NCBI GenBank assembly: GCA_965224025.1
Contig: OZ245033.1
Span: 3,392,001-3,456,000 of the forward strand
Direction of reading: 5' to 3'
DNA: 64,000 bases
From: Candidatus Multivorans sp.
Lineage (GTDB): Bacteria; Acidobacteriota; Thermoanaerobaculia; Multivoradales; Multivoraceae
The position numbers and the translations under genes are program-made. The notes beneath the pieces were generated by a model, which did no database searches, was not told where the DNA came from, and saw only the letters and a program-made list of their open reading frames with translations. How positions within the stretch are numbered: position 1 is the first letter of the stretch; every line of letters starts with the position of its first letter. Below, piece by piece: positions 62,446 to 64,000 of this stretch.

Positions 62446-64000
62446 ATGAGCACCGAGACGCCCCCCGGCTCTGACGAGGCATCCCCTTCGCCGGCAGCCG
62501 ACGACCGGGACACCGTCTACCGGCCCGGCGGGCGGAGGGACGCGCGCTTCGGGCGGCGGCGGCAACTCCGCACCCGGCTTCTGAGGGCTTTCCTGCTCGT
62601 GGTGCTGATTGCCGGCGTCGGCGGGCTGGCCTCGGTCTTCCTCAGTGGACGGCAGGAGCGCCCCGCCGTCGTCGCCGAGGAGGGCGGCGACGAGGCGACC
62701 GGTGCGGACGAGGCCGCGGTCCCGGGCGAACAGACGGTCCAACTCAGCGCTGAGCAGTTCGAATCGACGCTCGAGCGGGAAGGCGTGGAGGTGTTCCGCA
62801 TTCGGGGGGCGCGGACGAGTTCCGACGACCGGGGCAACGTGCTGCTGAAGGAGGTCGAGGTCGACTATCCGCGCGGCGATGACCGGTACAGCCTGCGCGC
62901 TGACGGCGCGACCTACAACGAGGTCACGAACGCGACCCATCTGGAGGGCGCGGTGACGCTTGAGGGGACGAACGGTCTCGTTGTCGACACGGACTGGATG
63001 GACCTGGCCGAGGGCGGCATGGTTCTGACGGCGGGGGACGGCAGCCGGTTCACGTTCGAGGGCATCACCGCGGTTGGCGACGGCCTGCGGGTCGACTTCC
63101 GACAGGAGATAGCGAACCTCGGGGGCGGTGTTCGGGCGACCGGCGCCGCGGCAACGAGCGAGACGGGGGACTCACGGCAGCCGCTGTCCCTGACCGCCGA
63201 GACGCTGGAGTATCGATGGCGTGAGGGACGGATGAGGGCGACCGGCGGCGCCGCGATGGAGTTCGGCGAGTCGCCCGAGCCGCTCTCCCTGACCGGCGAG
63301 ACGCTGGAGTACCGCTGGAGCGAGGGGACCCTGACCGCACGGGGCGGAACCACGACGCGGTTCGGCGACCTGAACCTCGCCGCCCGTTCACTGACGCTCG
63401 CCCTGGCCCGGGAAACCGGCGAGGCGCTGACCGCACTCGAGGCCCGCGGTCAGATTGTGCTGCAGGCGCCTCTCGGAGGCGGCGGGTTGCCGACACGGGA
63501 CGGCGAAACGGACGTGGCAGGCTCGACGCTGGTCCTGATCGGCGATGCGCTGGATGTCGGATTCGACTCCGATCAACTCCCGAGCCGGCTGCTGTTGAGC
63601 GGCCCGAACCGGGGCGGCCCCGGCGTGCTGCGAATCGACTATGCGGACGGCGCCCGGCGACGGGTTCGGGCACAGGTTCTTGCCTTCACCTTCGTCGACG
63701 GCGTGCCGTCCGAGTTCGAGTCTCGGGGGAGGGTCGTGTTCGACGAGCAGGTTCCGGAGCGGAGACAGCCCCTGCGGGTCGCTTCGAGCAGCGTCGCCAA
63801 TGGCCGTTTCGACAGCGAAGGCGCTCTGACGGAGCTGGTCCTGGGAGGCAACGTGGAACTGACGGATCGGCGCCGCGACCCGGTCCGTGCGCTCGCGGAC
63901 CGCGCCGCGATCGATCCCTCGACCGGGCGGGTCGAGTTCTTCGGGCAACCGGGCAAACTCATCCTTGCCCAGGGGGAACTCGAAGCGCCCCGCACGATGT
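62446..64000 (+). CDS. LptC/LptA-like beta-jellyroll protein (truncated by window end; absent from ORF track)
   Basis: ATG 62446, TM LLRAFLLVVLIAGVGGLASVFL, then LRADGATYN..THLEGAVTL-type beta repeats. Confidence 0.75.
   Translation, partial: MSTETPPGSDEASPSPAADDRDTVYRPGGRRDARFGRRRQLRTRLLRAFLLVVLIAGVGGLASVFLSGRQERPAVVAEEGGDEATGADEAAVPGEQTVQLSAEQFESTLEREGVEVFRIRGARTSSDDRGNVLLKEVEVDYPRGDDRYSLRADGATYNEVTNATHLEGAVTLEGTNGLVVDTDWMDLAEGGMVLTAGDGSRFTFEGITAVGDGLRVDFRQEIANLGGGVRATGAAATSETGDSRQPLSLTAETLEYRWREGRMRATGGAAMEFGESPEPLSLTGETLEYRWSEGTLTARGGTTTRFGDLNLAARSLTLALARETGEALTALEARGQIVLQAPLGGGGLPTRDGETDVAGSTLVLIGDALDVGFDSDQLPSRLLLSGPNRGGPGVLRIDYADGARRRVRAQVLAFTFVDGVPSEFESRGRVVFDEQVPERRQPLRVASSSVANGRFDSEGALTELVLGGNVELTDRRRDPVRALADRAAIDPSTGRVEFFGQPGKLILAQGELEAPRTM

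Overview
GC-rich bacterial chromosomal window, mostly intact housekeeping genes: hppA (3' end), rpsF-rpsR-rplI, PBP1A, uvrB-uvrC, RNase P RNA, ldcA, recG, scpAB, rluB, cmk, lspA, def, cysS, feoAB, dnaB, alr, purC, carD, priA, recJ, an LptC/LptA-like gene running off the end, and five tRNAs. The gene content suggests a diderm, possibly Acidobacteriota; this is a low-confidence impression. There are two mobile features: an intact-looking IS1634-family element (42894-44856, CTAG on both sides) and a ~5.4 kb accessory patch between uvrC and rnpB (13139-18514) made of fragments of about five IS families. That patch holds the most novel signal. It contains two similar modules, each a protein with a Cys-bracketed hydrophobic hairpin followed by a tightly coupled 29-46 aa single-TM peptide missing from the ORF track. 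Copy 1 has a consensus promoter, a signal peptide and a TonB-box-like ETITVTA, which suggests a decayed toxin/immunity system. The second notable pattern is a lipoprotein-like glutaminyl cyclase together with five predicted secreted proteins whose mature N-terminus is Gln. All family assignments come from motif recognition by eye; no searches were run.
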